From Candidatus Sulfobium sp. (GTDB lineage: Bacteria; Nitrospirota; Thermodesulfovibrionia; Thermodesulfovibrionales; UBA6898), in the NCBI GenBank assembly GCA_037380845.1, contig JARRRI010000016.1:1-27446 (forward strand): DNA of 27,446 nucleotides, written 5' to 3'. The stretch's first letter is position 1, and each line of letters starts with the position of its first letter. Shown here one piece after another: positions 17,717 through 25,943 of this stretch. Both the position numbers and the translations under genes were made by a program. The notes below the pieces were generated by a model. It did no database searches. It was not told the DNA's origin and was given only the letters and a program-made list of their open reading frames with translations.

Positions 17717-17989
17717 TCATATGTACTGATTCGGTCTTGTGGGCAAAAGAGAAAAGCATATGTCGGTAGACTGTGACCACGGGGAGACTTTTAGACTGAC
17801 GCCCTTTTGAGTTTCCGCCCTTTCCCCTTCCGTCAACAGGAGGGCCTGCGCAGCATGAAATGCGGCGTAATATGCCCTTGACACGGCATCGTCGTAATCG
17901 CCGGATTCAAGAAGTCTTTCGGCCACAGCCAGCTTTTTTCGGGCATTCTCCATGTATCCTTTAAGGACTTCTTTAAGGGTGTCTTTCAA
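17717..17989 (-). pseudogene. HEPN-domain protein, C-terminally truncated
   Basis: LAVAERLLESGDYDDAVSRAYYAAFHAAQALL..ETQKGV is the HEPN N-half. After about 17798 the sequence is unrelated and lacks the C-terminal R..(D)Y helix. Confidence 0.75.
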
Positions 17990-18329
17990 GTCTTATTCCC
18001 TCTTTCAGAATTTGCTCCATAAAAGGAGTAGGTATCGCCCTCAGACGCTTAAAATCGGAAACGGTGAATATCTTGAGAGACACCAGGCGGCCCGTGTCGA
18101 GGAGGATTTCCATGACGATATCATAGAGCATGCTTATGGTTCCACGCTCCTTCTTCTCGACCACCAGCAACAGGTCGTAGTCGGAATCAGGGCGCCAATC
18201 GTCACGACATCTGGAACCAAAGAGATATATCTCCCTTATCCCTTTGCCGGGGGGCAAAGCCTCAAGAAACCGTTCAATGACGGCATCACCGCGCACGCTC
18301 TTTTCGACATCCAGGCGCTCTTTACGCAT
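17973..18329 (-). CDS. Minimal nucleotidyltransferase (MNT) antitoxin
   Basis: IYLFGSRCRDDWRPDSDYDLLLVV (GS..DxD motif); overlaps the HEPN gene start. Confidence 0.9.
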   Translation of the reverse strand: MRKERLDVEKSVRGDAVIERFLEALPPGKGIREIYLFGSRCRDDWRPDSDYDLLLVVEKKERGTISMLYDIVMEILLDTGRLVSLKIFTVSDFKRLRAIPTPFMEQILKEGIRLERHP

Positions 18330-18334
18330 AAGCC

Positions 18335-18343
18335 ATTATATCA
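18335..18343 (-). promoter_or_regulatory. Extended -10 promoter for MNT-HEPN (probably leaderless)
   Basis: Minus strand TGATATAAT-GGCTT-ATG. Confidence 0.6.
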
Positions 18344-18540
18344 CAGGCCGGCACGGGGTCTGCCAAAGTGGCGTCTTACAGCTTGACAAAAAACAAACGC
18401 TAATTTTCGGAATAAGGTCTTTCAGCCTTGCTTCCTCCCCCGGCAGTCGTTCTTGATATACAGTTTGTCTCTTCGGATGTTGCTGTTTCAGGAACTTGCC
18501 GGCTTGTTGGCTTGATGCTTCCGGTGCGTTCCCATCCTCT

Positions 18541-18939
18541 TTACCGTCCGAAGAGAGTGAGAGGGCTGTGTCGAGCTATTACGGAGAAGTGTTCGTCGTA
18601 GGTCATAAGTAACAGACCGTTTTCAATCGCGATCTGTGCAATTAGCAGATCAACCGCGCCCAATGTGTTCCCTTTTCTGGCGGCGCCATATCCCAGAGTG
18701 CCTGCGGATAAAAAAGTGGTCTCTCTTACAGGAATACATCGCATCGCATCAAATGCATCGGTAAGGACCTCAAGCTCCTTGCGCCCCTTAGCTCCGTTGA
18801 TCAGTTCAAGCGCGATTATCCCTGTATAGACCGCTCTTCCCGACTTCAGCAAGGAAGCGATTCGTTCTGCCAAAGAAAGATTCTTCTCCCTGAAAAAAGC
18901 GATCCAGACCGAGGTATCGACCAGGACCTCACCTGCCAT
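18541..18939 (-). CDS. vapC: VapC PIN-domain toxin
   Basis: VLVDTSVWI, ELINGA, DLLIAQIAI and LMTYDEHF supply the PIN acidic residues. Start taken at ATG 18939. Confidence 0.92.
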   Translation of the reverse strand: MAGEVLVDTSVWIAFFREKNLSLAERIASLLKSGRAVYTGIIALELINGAKGRKELEVLTDAFDAMRCIPVRETTFLSAGTLGYGAARKGNTLGAVDLLIAQIAIENGLLLMTYDEHFSVIARHSPLTLFGR

Positions 18940-19123
18940 GCCGGGCCTTTTCCCATTCATCAGAGAATTCAAGTCTGCCGGCCGAAGCGAGAACTCTTTC
19001 GATCTTCTTCTGTCGTATCAGTTCTCTCAGTCCCGTGATGACCGCCTCGGTTTTCGTCCTGCTTCCGGATAATGCCATTGCTTCTTTTATAAGTTCATCG
19101 GGTACATCCAATGTCGTTTTCAT
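18929..19123 (-). CDS. vapB: VapB antitoxin (ribbon-helix-helix type)
   Basis: MKTTLDVPDELIKEAMALSGSRTKTEAVITGLRELIR; GAGG SD; overlaps the vapC start. Confidence 0.9.
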   Translation of the reverse strand: MKTTLDVPDELIKEAMALSGSRTKTEAVITGLRELIRQKKIERVLASAGRLEFSDEWEKARHGR

Positions 19124-19143
19124 CATACCACCTCTACAATACT

Positions 19144-19157
19144 TTTTATATATAAAA
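19144..19157. promoter_or_regulatory. Candidate VapBC operator / promoter palindrome
   Basis: Perfect 14-bp palindrome TTTTATATATAAAA about 20 nt upstream of vapB. Confidence 0.45.
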
Positions 19158-19229
19158 TATAGCATAGAATGGTAGTACGATTCATCATTCTGTTATGAAC
19201 CTGTCTCAAAATTAACTTTCGAAAGGATC

Positions 19230-19302
19230 CGTCACCCCCGCGAAGGCGGGGGTCCACTTTAAACCCTGAAAAACGTGGATTCCCGCCTTCGCGGGAATGA
19301 CG
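19230..19302. repeat. Intact REP doublet (REPIN-like) of the CGTC-tagged family
   Basis: CGTCACCCCCGCGAAGGCGGGGGTCCA, a 19-nt spacer, then TGGATTCCCGCCTTCGCGGGAATGACG. Confidence 0.9.
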
Positions 19303-19317
19303 CAAACGAATTACCCT

Positions 19318-20508
19318 CTAGCCTCTAACCTCCAGCCTCTTTTCTCCCTGCATGCCGGCGAGCTCTTCGTACGCGCTCTCAATTTCCGATATCACTGTCT
19401 GGCGCGAATAATTCCTCCTCACGAAGGCCCGGCCGTTGGCCCCGATTTCAGCTGCGAATTCAGCGTCCATGAGCAGCCTCGATACAGCAGCAGCGAATGC
19501 CTCATGTCCGTCGGCAACAAGGAGGTCCCTCCCGGGCACCGCCCCGATGCCTTCGTTGCCGTAGGACGTGGTTACAACCGGCGTGCCTGCCGCCATGGCG
19601 TCGAGTATCTTTACGATTATCCCGCCGCCCACCAGGATCGGCGCAACGAAGACCGCAGCCTTCTTGTAACACTCGTCGATGTCTTCCACAAAACCGGGCA
19701 CCTCCACGTTCGGATCTTTTTCCCGGAGTGCGGTCAGTTCCTCCGGCGGGCCGTAGCCGGCCGCTATGAATTTCGCATCCGGGACCTCTTTCCTTACCAG
19801 GGGAAAAACGGAACGATAAAAGTAGAGCGCGGCCTCCACGTTTACCCTGCGATATTTGTAGGAGGCGAGAAAGAGAATGGTGTTCCTGTCTTTTTTGAAT
19901 TTCTTTTCCGTAATATCCAGCCCTGCCGGGACGGGTACGGTCCTGATTCTCAGACCAGGCTGCAGTCCCGCAAGATACTTCCGGTCAAAATCGGACAAAG
20001 TAAAGACCATGTCAAATTTCTTCACTATTCTCCGTTCCATGTTTCTGATGAGAATGTAGGCAAGAAAATGAGCGGACCTCCTGATACCCCGAAGGTTTCC
20101 GGCCCTTCTCTCGGCCGGTTTTGTAATCACGTCGTGCGCGTCGAGGACCATCGGCGTCTTCATCTTTTTCATCATGACCCCTGCCTCGGTCCACTCGACC
20201 TGTACGATGTCAAAGTCCCCGTTGCCTGACAGTTTTCTGGCAAAGCGGCTGAAACCGGCGTAATTCAGAAGAAGCCGCAGGACATCCAGAGCCCCCCTCT
20301 TTTCTCTCGTTCTGTAAATATATGGGTAGATATCCTTGCAGAAGGGGTGAAGACCGGATAGCAGAGGGATTTCGGATTCTTCGAGTCTCGTGGCAAGATA
20401 TATCTCATGGCGCGCCGACAGCTCCCTTATCACTTCAAAGACATACCTCCCGCCGGCGTGAAATGAATTCTCGCGGGGGAAAAAGAGACTAACGAAAAGT
20501 ATCTTCAC
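19318..20508 (-). CDS. GT4 glycosyltransferase
   Basis: LDAHDV, VFTLSDFD, GFVEDI and VFVAPILVGGGIIVKILDAMAAGTPVVTT motifs. Confidence 0.92.
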   Translation of the reverse strand: MKILFVSLFFPRENSFHAGGRYVFEVIRELSARHEIYLATRLEESEIPLLSGLHPFCKDIYPYIYRTREKRGALDVLRLLLNYAGFSRFARKLSGNGDFDIVQVEWTEAGVMMKKMKTPMVLDAHDVITKPAERRAGNLRGIRRSAHFLAYILIRNMERRIVKKFDMVFTLSDFDRKYLAGLQPGLRIRTVPVPAGLDITEKKFKKDRNTILFLASYKYRRVNVEAALYFYRSVFPLVRKEVPDAKFIAAGYGPPEELTALREKDPNVEVPGFVEDIDECYKKAAVFVAPILVGGGIIVKILDAMAAGTPVVTTSYGNEGIGAVPGRDLLVADGHEAFAAAVSRLLMDAEFAAEIGANGRAFVRRNYSRQTVISEIESAYEELAGMQGEKRLEVRG

Positions 20509-20661
20509 TTTTCAGGTCGGAAAATGCCGATGCGTCTTTTTGATGCAACGTCATGATAAGGCCTTTTCCTGGAAAGAAAAGGCCGAAGAAGAATATCTGT
20601 TAGCGCTGCGGATATGCAGTTACAGGCAGACGCCGATGACCGGTAGCTGACAGCCGCTTTA

Positions 20662-21534
20662 TTACCCCGCCAGCCTCATAAGATACTGTCCGTAGCCGTT
20701 CTTACTCAGCGGCTCGGCCAGTTTCAGCAATTGCTCCTTACCGATGTAGCCGGACAAATATGCGATTTCCTCAATGCATGCGATCTTCAGACCCTGCCGC
20801 CTTTCTATGGTAGCAATAAATTCCCCCGCCTCCAGAAGACTCTCATGGGTACCGGTATCCAGCCAGGCCGTACCCCTGCCCAGAGGTTTCACCCGCAGTC
20901 GCCCCTCCCGAAGGTATGTCATGTTTATATCCGTTATTTCCAGTTCGCCCCGCCAGGAAGGCTTGACATCCCTGGCGATGTCAGCAACCCTGTTGTCGTA
21001 AAAATAGAGACCTGTCACCGCGTAGTTTGATTTCGGCTTTTCAGGCTTCTCTTCGATAGAAAGGACCTTTCCTTCGGCGTCAAACTCGACCACACCATAC
21101 CTTTCCGGGTCGTGAACGTAGTATCCGAAAACAGTGGCGCCCCCTTTCTCCTCCACGTCACTGATGGTCCTTTTCAGAAGATCGGTCATCCCATGGCCGT
21201 AGAAAATATTGTCGCCCAGGATAAGACAGACATCGTCCTGGCCGATAAACTCCTGCCCCAGAATGAATGCCTGGGCCAGACCGTCCGGACTGGGCTGCTC
21301 CTTATAAGAAATCCTCAGACCCAATTGTGACCCGTCACCGAATATTTCCCCGAACTTCGGAAGGTCGTGGGGAGTTGAGATAACAAGTATTTCTCTGATA
21401 CCAGCCAGCATAAGGACTGACAGGGGGTGATAGATCATGGGTTTATCGTAAACCGGCAGCAGCTGTTTGCATACTGACCTGGTAATTGGATAAAGCCTCG
21501 TGCCGCTTCCCCCCGCCAGTATAATGCCCTTCAT
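20662..21534 (-). CDS. rfbA: Glucose-1-phosphate thymidylyltransferase, copy 2
   Basis: Same motifs as copy 1; AAGGAGG SD; about 50 of 290 residues differ from copy 1 by manual count. Confidence 0.97.
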   Translation of the reverse strand: MKGIILAGGSGTRLYPITRSVCKQLLPVYDKPMIYHPLSVLMLAGIREILVISTPHDLPKFGEIFGDGSQLGLRISYKEQPSPDGLAQAFILGQEFIGQDDVCLILGDNIFYGHGMTDLLKRTISDVEEKGGATVFGYYVHDPERYGVVEFDAEGKVLSIEEKPEKPKSNYAVTGLYFYDNRVADIARDVKPSWRGELEITDINMTYLREGRLRVKPLGRGTAWLDTGTHESLLEAGEFIATIERRQGLKIACIEEIAYLSGYIGKEQLLKLAEPLSKNGYGQYLMRLAG

Positions 21535-21726
21535 AAAGAAACCTCCTTCAGAATCGCCACGTGATAATTCCCAGCACGTGTGGTATGAGTCAGTAACTCT
21601 TTACCAGGATTCTATTCATAACTCGCTATCCTTTCACAATCGATAACATGAATTCCGGATATTTCTACGGTTAGCCCGTTTGACTCGTTGCCTATGGCCC
21701 ATTGCCTGTTGCCGATGCCCATTTTT

Positions 21727-22239
21727 TCAGTCAAAAACCTCGGCATCCTTCATTAAAAGTCCTTCTGAGTCTTTCCGCGAGGCCAGGACAGGATCATTCC
21801 AGATAATGCACCTTTCATGTTCCGGCGCATAATAATCGGTCGCCTTGTAAAGAAATTCGGCGAATTCGGAGAGCACAAGAAAGCCATGGGCAAATCCCTC
21901 CGGGATCCAGAGCTGCCTCTTACTTTCAGCCGAGAGGTGAACGCCCACCCACTTCCCGAACGTCCGAGAACTTTTTCGGCTGTCCACCGCAACATCGAAA
22001 ACCTCTCCTGAAACTACGCGGACAAGTTTGCCCTGAGGTTGCCTGATCTGGTAATGGAGTCCTCTCAGAACGCCTTTTGCCGATCCCGAATGGTTATCCT
22101 GAACGAACCTCGTATCAAGTCCGGTAGCCTCCCTCCACTTGCGTTCGTTGAAGCTTTCGTAGAAAAATCCCCTGTCGTCTCCGAAGACCCTTGGCTCGAT
22201 GATCAGGACTTCAGGTATTTCCGTTTTGATTACCTTCAT
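21727..22239 (-). CDS. rfbC: dTDP-4-dehydrorhamnose 3,5-epimerase (apparent C-terminal in-frame deletion)
   Basis: FGDDRGFFYESF, QDNHS.S.KGVLRGLHYQ, QGKLVRV, PEGFAHGF and FLYK motifs. Confidence 0.93.
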   Translation of the reverse strand: MKVIKTEIPEVLIIEPRVFGDDRGFFYESFNERKWREATGLDTRFVQDNHSGSAKGVLRGLHYQIRQPQGKLVRVVSGEVFDVAVDSRKSSRTFGKWVGVHLSAESKRQLWIPEGFAHGFLVLSEFAEFLYKATDYYAPEHERCIIWNDPVLASRKDSEGLLMKDAEVFD

Positions 22240-23447
22240 CTATAATGCTCTGCTGCCACGATTCGCGGCCCAAACTGCAAGGTCGATAGATGTCTTTCCA
22301 TTTCCTCAACAATCTTTTCCCAGGAATATTTGTTCTCAACGAGTTCCCGGGCATTTTTAACCAGCGAGTTTCTTATGGCAGAGTCTTTCAGAACAAGTTG
22401 AACGGCCTCGGCAAAAGAAGGAGGCGTGTCCGCAATCATGAGGTGCCTGCCATGCTCAACATCGATCCCTTCGCAGCCTTTTGAGGTCGTGACCACCGGC
22501 AGACCTGCAGCCATAGCCTCCAGAATTTTTATTCTGCTTCCCGCACCCAAACGAAGAGGCACGACAAGTACATCCGCCCGTTTGAAATGGGGTAATATAT
22601 CCGGAACGTTTTCGTAGAAGTCGATACCTGCCCCGGCCGCCACTGATCTTATGCTTCCCAGCCGCCGTCCGACGATGTCCAGTTTTACGTTCGCCACGGC
22701 ATCTCTTACGGCCGGAAAGACCTCTTTTAATAAGTAAACAGCCGAATCGAAATTAGGCTGATATTCAAGACCGCCGATGAAGAGCAGCCGATTATCGCTG
22801 ACATTCTTCGGCTGGAACCTGAAGCGGTCAAGGTCGACCCCGTTGGGGACCGTTACAACTTTTCCCGCATGACCGCAACGGGCCGATATCACGCTGCGCT
22901 CCTTATCCGTGACTGTAAAACATTTGTCGCATTCCCGCCATGCCTTTTCTTCCCTACGCCTGAATCTTTTCTTTTCTACAGCATAGAGAAACCTTCTGAG
23001 AAGATTTCTGTTCGATTCCCCGAGCTGTTCTATTATGTCGGATTCCATATTATGGGCATCGAGGACCACGCGTGCACCCGTAAAAAGGTCGGCATATTGC
23101 CACATCATGGAAAACTCTATCTGCACAAGGTCAAAGGACCTTCTGCCGAGAAGACCCCTGAGAGCCGAGCGCATCCCGTCCGAGGCATACCTCACAACAT
23201 TATAAGGCCTGTTGCCCGTCAGGAAAAGAAAGCGGTCCTGCCACAGCCTGGCCGGTCTTTCCACCAGCAGTACTTCTTCGCAATAATCCCGTAATCCGGA
23301 AACATCTTCCGCGCTTTCGTCGTCCACTATCGCCGCAAGCGTTACCCCGTGAGTCTTCGATAGATTTTTAATAATATTAAAAATACGTATTTTCCCGCCC
23401 TGGATCGGCGGGTAGGGATTAAAGGGAGAAAGTATCAGAATGTTCAC
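22236..23447 (-). CDS. GT4 glycosyltransferase
   Basis: PYPPIQGGKIRIFN, LDAHNMES, VPNGVD and VVPLRLGAGSRIKILEAMAAGLPVVTT motifs. Confidence 0.92.
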   Translation of the reverse strand: MNILILSPFNPYPPIQGGKIRIFNIIKNLSKTHGVTLAAIVDDESAEDVSGLRDYCEEVLLVERPARLWQDRFLFLTGNRPYNVVRYASDGMRSALRGLLGRRSFDLVQIEFSMMWQYADLFTGARVVLDAHNMESDIIEQLGESNRNLLRRFLYAVEKKRFRRREEKAWRECDKCFTVTDKERSVISARCGHAGKVVTVPNGVDLDRFRFQPKNVSDNRLLFIGGLEYQPNFDSAVYLLKEVFPAVRDAVANVKLDIVGRRLGSIRSVAAGAGIDFYENVPDILPHFKRADVLVVPLRLGAGSRIKILEAMAAGLPVVTTSKGCEGIDVEHGRHLMIADTPPSFAEAVQLVLKDSAIRNSLVKNARELVENKYSWEKIVEEMERHLSTLQFGPRIVAAEHYR

Positions 23448-23486
23448 GCGTCATGCCTTTACCGTCTACAAAGACGTCGCTGGAAA

Positions 23487-24095
23487 TCATCTCGTCCACG
23501 TAATGGAACCTCCCGGCTCGTATTTTTCAGCAGTACAACCACTATGTTATCGATGACATATACAGATTCAGGAGCCGGCCATGGTCGCCGCCCCTCGGTA
23601 GTGGACAAAGCTTTTTCACGTTACTCTTCAGTGGATCGGGTAATAACATCCCGTCCAAAATAGAAATTTAGACTCTCGGTTTGACGATAGTCTGGAAAGC
23701 CCTCAGTAACCATTGCGCCACGCTGCAACAACAAGAGAACTGGCACCGACCATGACGACCGCCAGCGGCAACCAGCGCAGCGAGAAAGGGAGGTAATCTG
23801 AGCCGCTGGTAAAATATGATATTAACGCCGGGTATGCGCCCTGGAGCTGCTGGATAACCTCCGAGGGATTGTTGATGTGCGTTCGCCGTCCCAGAACCAG
23901 CCCTGTCGTCATCTTCAATGTGATATAGTATACAACCGCCGCAAGCACCAACGTTCCGGTTGCAGCAGCTATTCGCTCAATCGGGAACGCTTTAGTATCT
24001 TGACAGCGTCCGTCTTCCGCTCGCAATACCACCAGCACACAATGAGCCAGGACGAGAAATGCTGCCAGTGCAATCGCTGGCTGGTAATCGGCCAT
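23487..24095 (-). pseudogene. Fragmented GtrII-like (Glucos_trans_II, GT-C) membrane glycosyltransferase
   Basis: The TM fragment 24095-23703 carries the xYQP motif. A shifted frame continues VTEGFPDYRQTESLNFYFGRDVITRSTEE*REKALSTTEGRRPWPAPESVYVIDNIVVVLL, which has the WP..SV..D..VVV C-terminal signature and an internal TAA. A further frameshift gives KYEPGGSITWTR*. Confidence 0.65.
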
Positions 24096-24178
24096 GCCAC
24101 AATGCGTCTTGGCCTCTTGGAAGGTGAATTCAATCCAATACCGTTGACCTGCTCATCGTCCAGTACAAATTCTTTACA

Positions 24179-25828
24179 CTACTGGGGGCAGAAACTTGGT
24201 AACGCTGCTCCGTTCAGCATCGTACACGCTCGAGAATAATAGCTGCCACTCACGATTCTCTGATACGGTTGGTAGCTCGGAGGACTGGGGTTGCTCCCAA
24301 TCAGGCTCGACGGGATAGTGTCGAGAACCGCAGACTTGCCGTCATCTGTCACACCGATCACAACGAGGTTCCGCAAAGGATAGCTTCTCCGCTTAGAGTT
24401 CTTATATGTCAGGACCGAGACAGTATCAGAGCCGAAGTCGAACTGTGGTTCGGCTCCAATGGGCCCCGGTGAGATACTGCTTCCAACTGGGCTTCCGCCT
24501 AAGAGCTTAAGCGCTCCATTCAAAATGTTGGGGTATTCAGCAAACATGCGGTATTGGGAGTCGGATTCGAGGTCAACCAAGATCACGGTATTCGGCTTGA
24601 CACGCGGCGCTGCTTCGAGGATGCGAGCAAGTTCTATCCCTCTTTTGGTTCCAACAGCAGTAAACCGATTTCGATTAGCAATTCCGTGCAGAACGGTAAA
24701 TGATACCAAAATACCGACCATTATCGAAAACACGATCGGTCGATAGGAGCCAAAACGTACAGACAAAAGCCAACAGAATGCCGATGTCACAAGAGCACCA
24801 CTTGCGCCAGCAAGAAACATCGCGCGTCCTTTCGCCAAATATAGGGGTGTCAAGACGAATGGAATTCTGGCCAAAAAGAGAAGCACGAGTGCCACAAAGA
24901 TGACTGCCAGCCACGCTCTCCGGTTGACGTCATGCTCCTCCTGTTTGCGGGCCAAGCGCAGCGACACGGATCCCACCACAATGCCTGCAATCCCCGCGAG
25001 GACAAACTCCAGGTAGCTCGGCGTTATTTGCGCGGCCTTGGTCCAGCTCTGTAGGAGCACCCACTGATATCCGAAAGTCAGACCCTCAAGCACGTGCGGC
25101 AGATCAAAAACGAAGAGTTTATGCGCCCGACTCCCACTCGCTCCTGCGGCTACGGTCATATAAAAAAACCACATACACGGCATTACACTCCACAAAGCCA
25201 ACACTGGTAGAGCTTTACGATTCGACTGTGTAGTTAGTTTATAGAGCGTCATCGTCGCAACTAGGAACGCTGGGATAACTCCTTTGTACCGCCTGTGGTC
25301 ACCTGTTGGGATTGCGTACATGGGCGCGAGGTTCCTAGTTGGTCCGCCTTGCCAGTAGACGAGCAATAGCGCAACGCACCCGAGTGCCACAACTAGCGCC
25401 ATCATAATTGACACGGTACAAAACCAGAAATAGCCTATATCTGCTGGGTGGTACGCAAACATCGCTGCCGCAGCGAAAGCCACTGCCGTGTGCCCTGGCC
25501 ACAACCTGCGCACGATAAAGAAGAAAAGCCACGCCCGCAGGAAGAACAATACAGGGAAGAGCAAGTTAATGTGCACAAATGAGTGGTCGTTCACAGCCAT
25601 TACCACATACCAAAAGAAGTGCAAGAACATCCTTGGCTTAACGTGGAGGATCTGTGTAAAGTTCGTATGGATCGCGTTGTTGGCGAGAAACCACGTCTCG
25701 GCGGTGGGGAGTTGGGAGAAACCCTGAGGCAGGAACACGACCAAGGCCAAAATAGCGAAGCACGAAGCTACGATATAATCGGTCTGCCGACTAGACTTCA
25801 TATTCTTATTCATATGTCCAACATTCAT
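24179..25828 (-). CDS. Polytopic membrane protein, probable GT-C-fold glycosyltransferase or glycan-modification protein
   Basis: Roughly 10 hydrophobic segments followed by a soluble C-terminal domain; lies within a glycan locus; composition differs from the core genes. The start could be a downstream Met. Confidence 0.65.
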   Translation of the reverse strand: MNVGHMNKNMKSSRQTDYIVASCFAILALVVFLPQGFSQLPTAETWFLANNAIHTNFTQILHVKPRMFLHFFWYVVMAVNDHSFVHINLLFPVLFFLRAWLFFFIVRRLWPGHTAVAFAAAAMFAYHPADIGYFWFCTVSIMMALVVALGCVALLLVYWQGGPTRNLAPMYAIPTGDHRRYKGVIPAFLVATMTLYKLTTQSNRKALPVLALWSVMPCMWFFYMTVAAGASGSRAHKLFVFDLPHVLEGLTFGYQWVLLQSWTKAAQITPSYLEFVLAGIAGIVVGSVSLRLARKQEEHDVNRRAWLAVIFVALVLLFLARIPFVLTPLYLAKGRAMFLAGASGALVTSAFCWLLSVRFGSYRPIVFSIMVGILVSFTVLHGIANRNRFTAVGTKRGIELARILEAAPRVKPNTVILVDLESDSQYRMFAEYPNILNGALKLLGGSPVGSSISPGPIGAEPQFDFGSDTVSVLTYKNSKRRSYPLRNLVVIGVTDDGKSAVLDTIPSSLIGSNPSPPSYQPYQRIVSGSYYSRACTMLNGAALPSFCPQ

Positions 25829-25943
25829 TCTTTTTCTTCTCAGTGTTTATTTCGGTGATGTCGTCCAGTCGATCCGGAGGATCGAGTCAATCCGATGGGC
25901 ACGGTGACGCTTGAGTACTTCATTCTAGTTCCGCTGGTTAAAC

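Noticed and set aside
19123..19305. 60-aa ORF MRHSREGGNP...
   Set aside because: It is a translation of the REP doublet and the vapB promoter region.
20560..20584. GGCCTTTTC/GAAAAGGCC hairpin as a terminator
   Set aside because: The 9-bp stem is real, but there is no convincing U-tract on the transcribed strand.
25840..25923. 27-aa ORF MKYSSVTVP... as a GT2 remnant
   Set aside because: The resemblance is limited to a few N-terminal residues and there is no clear RBS.
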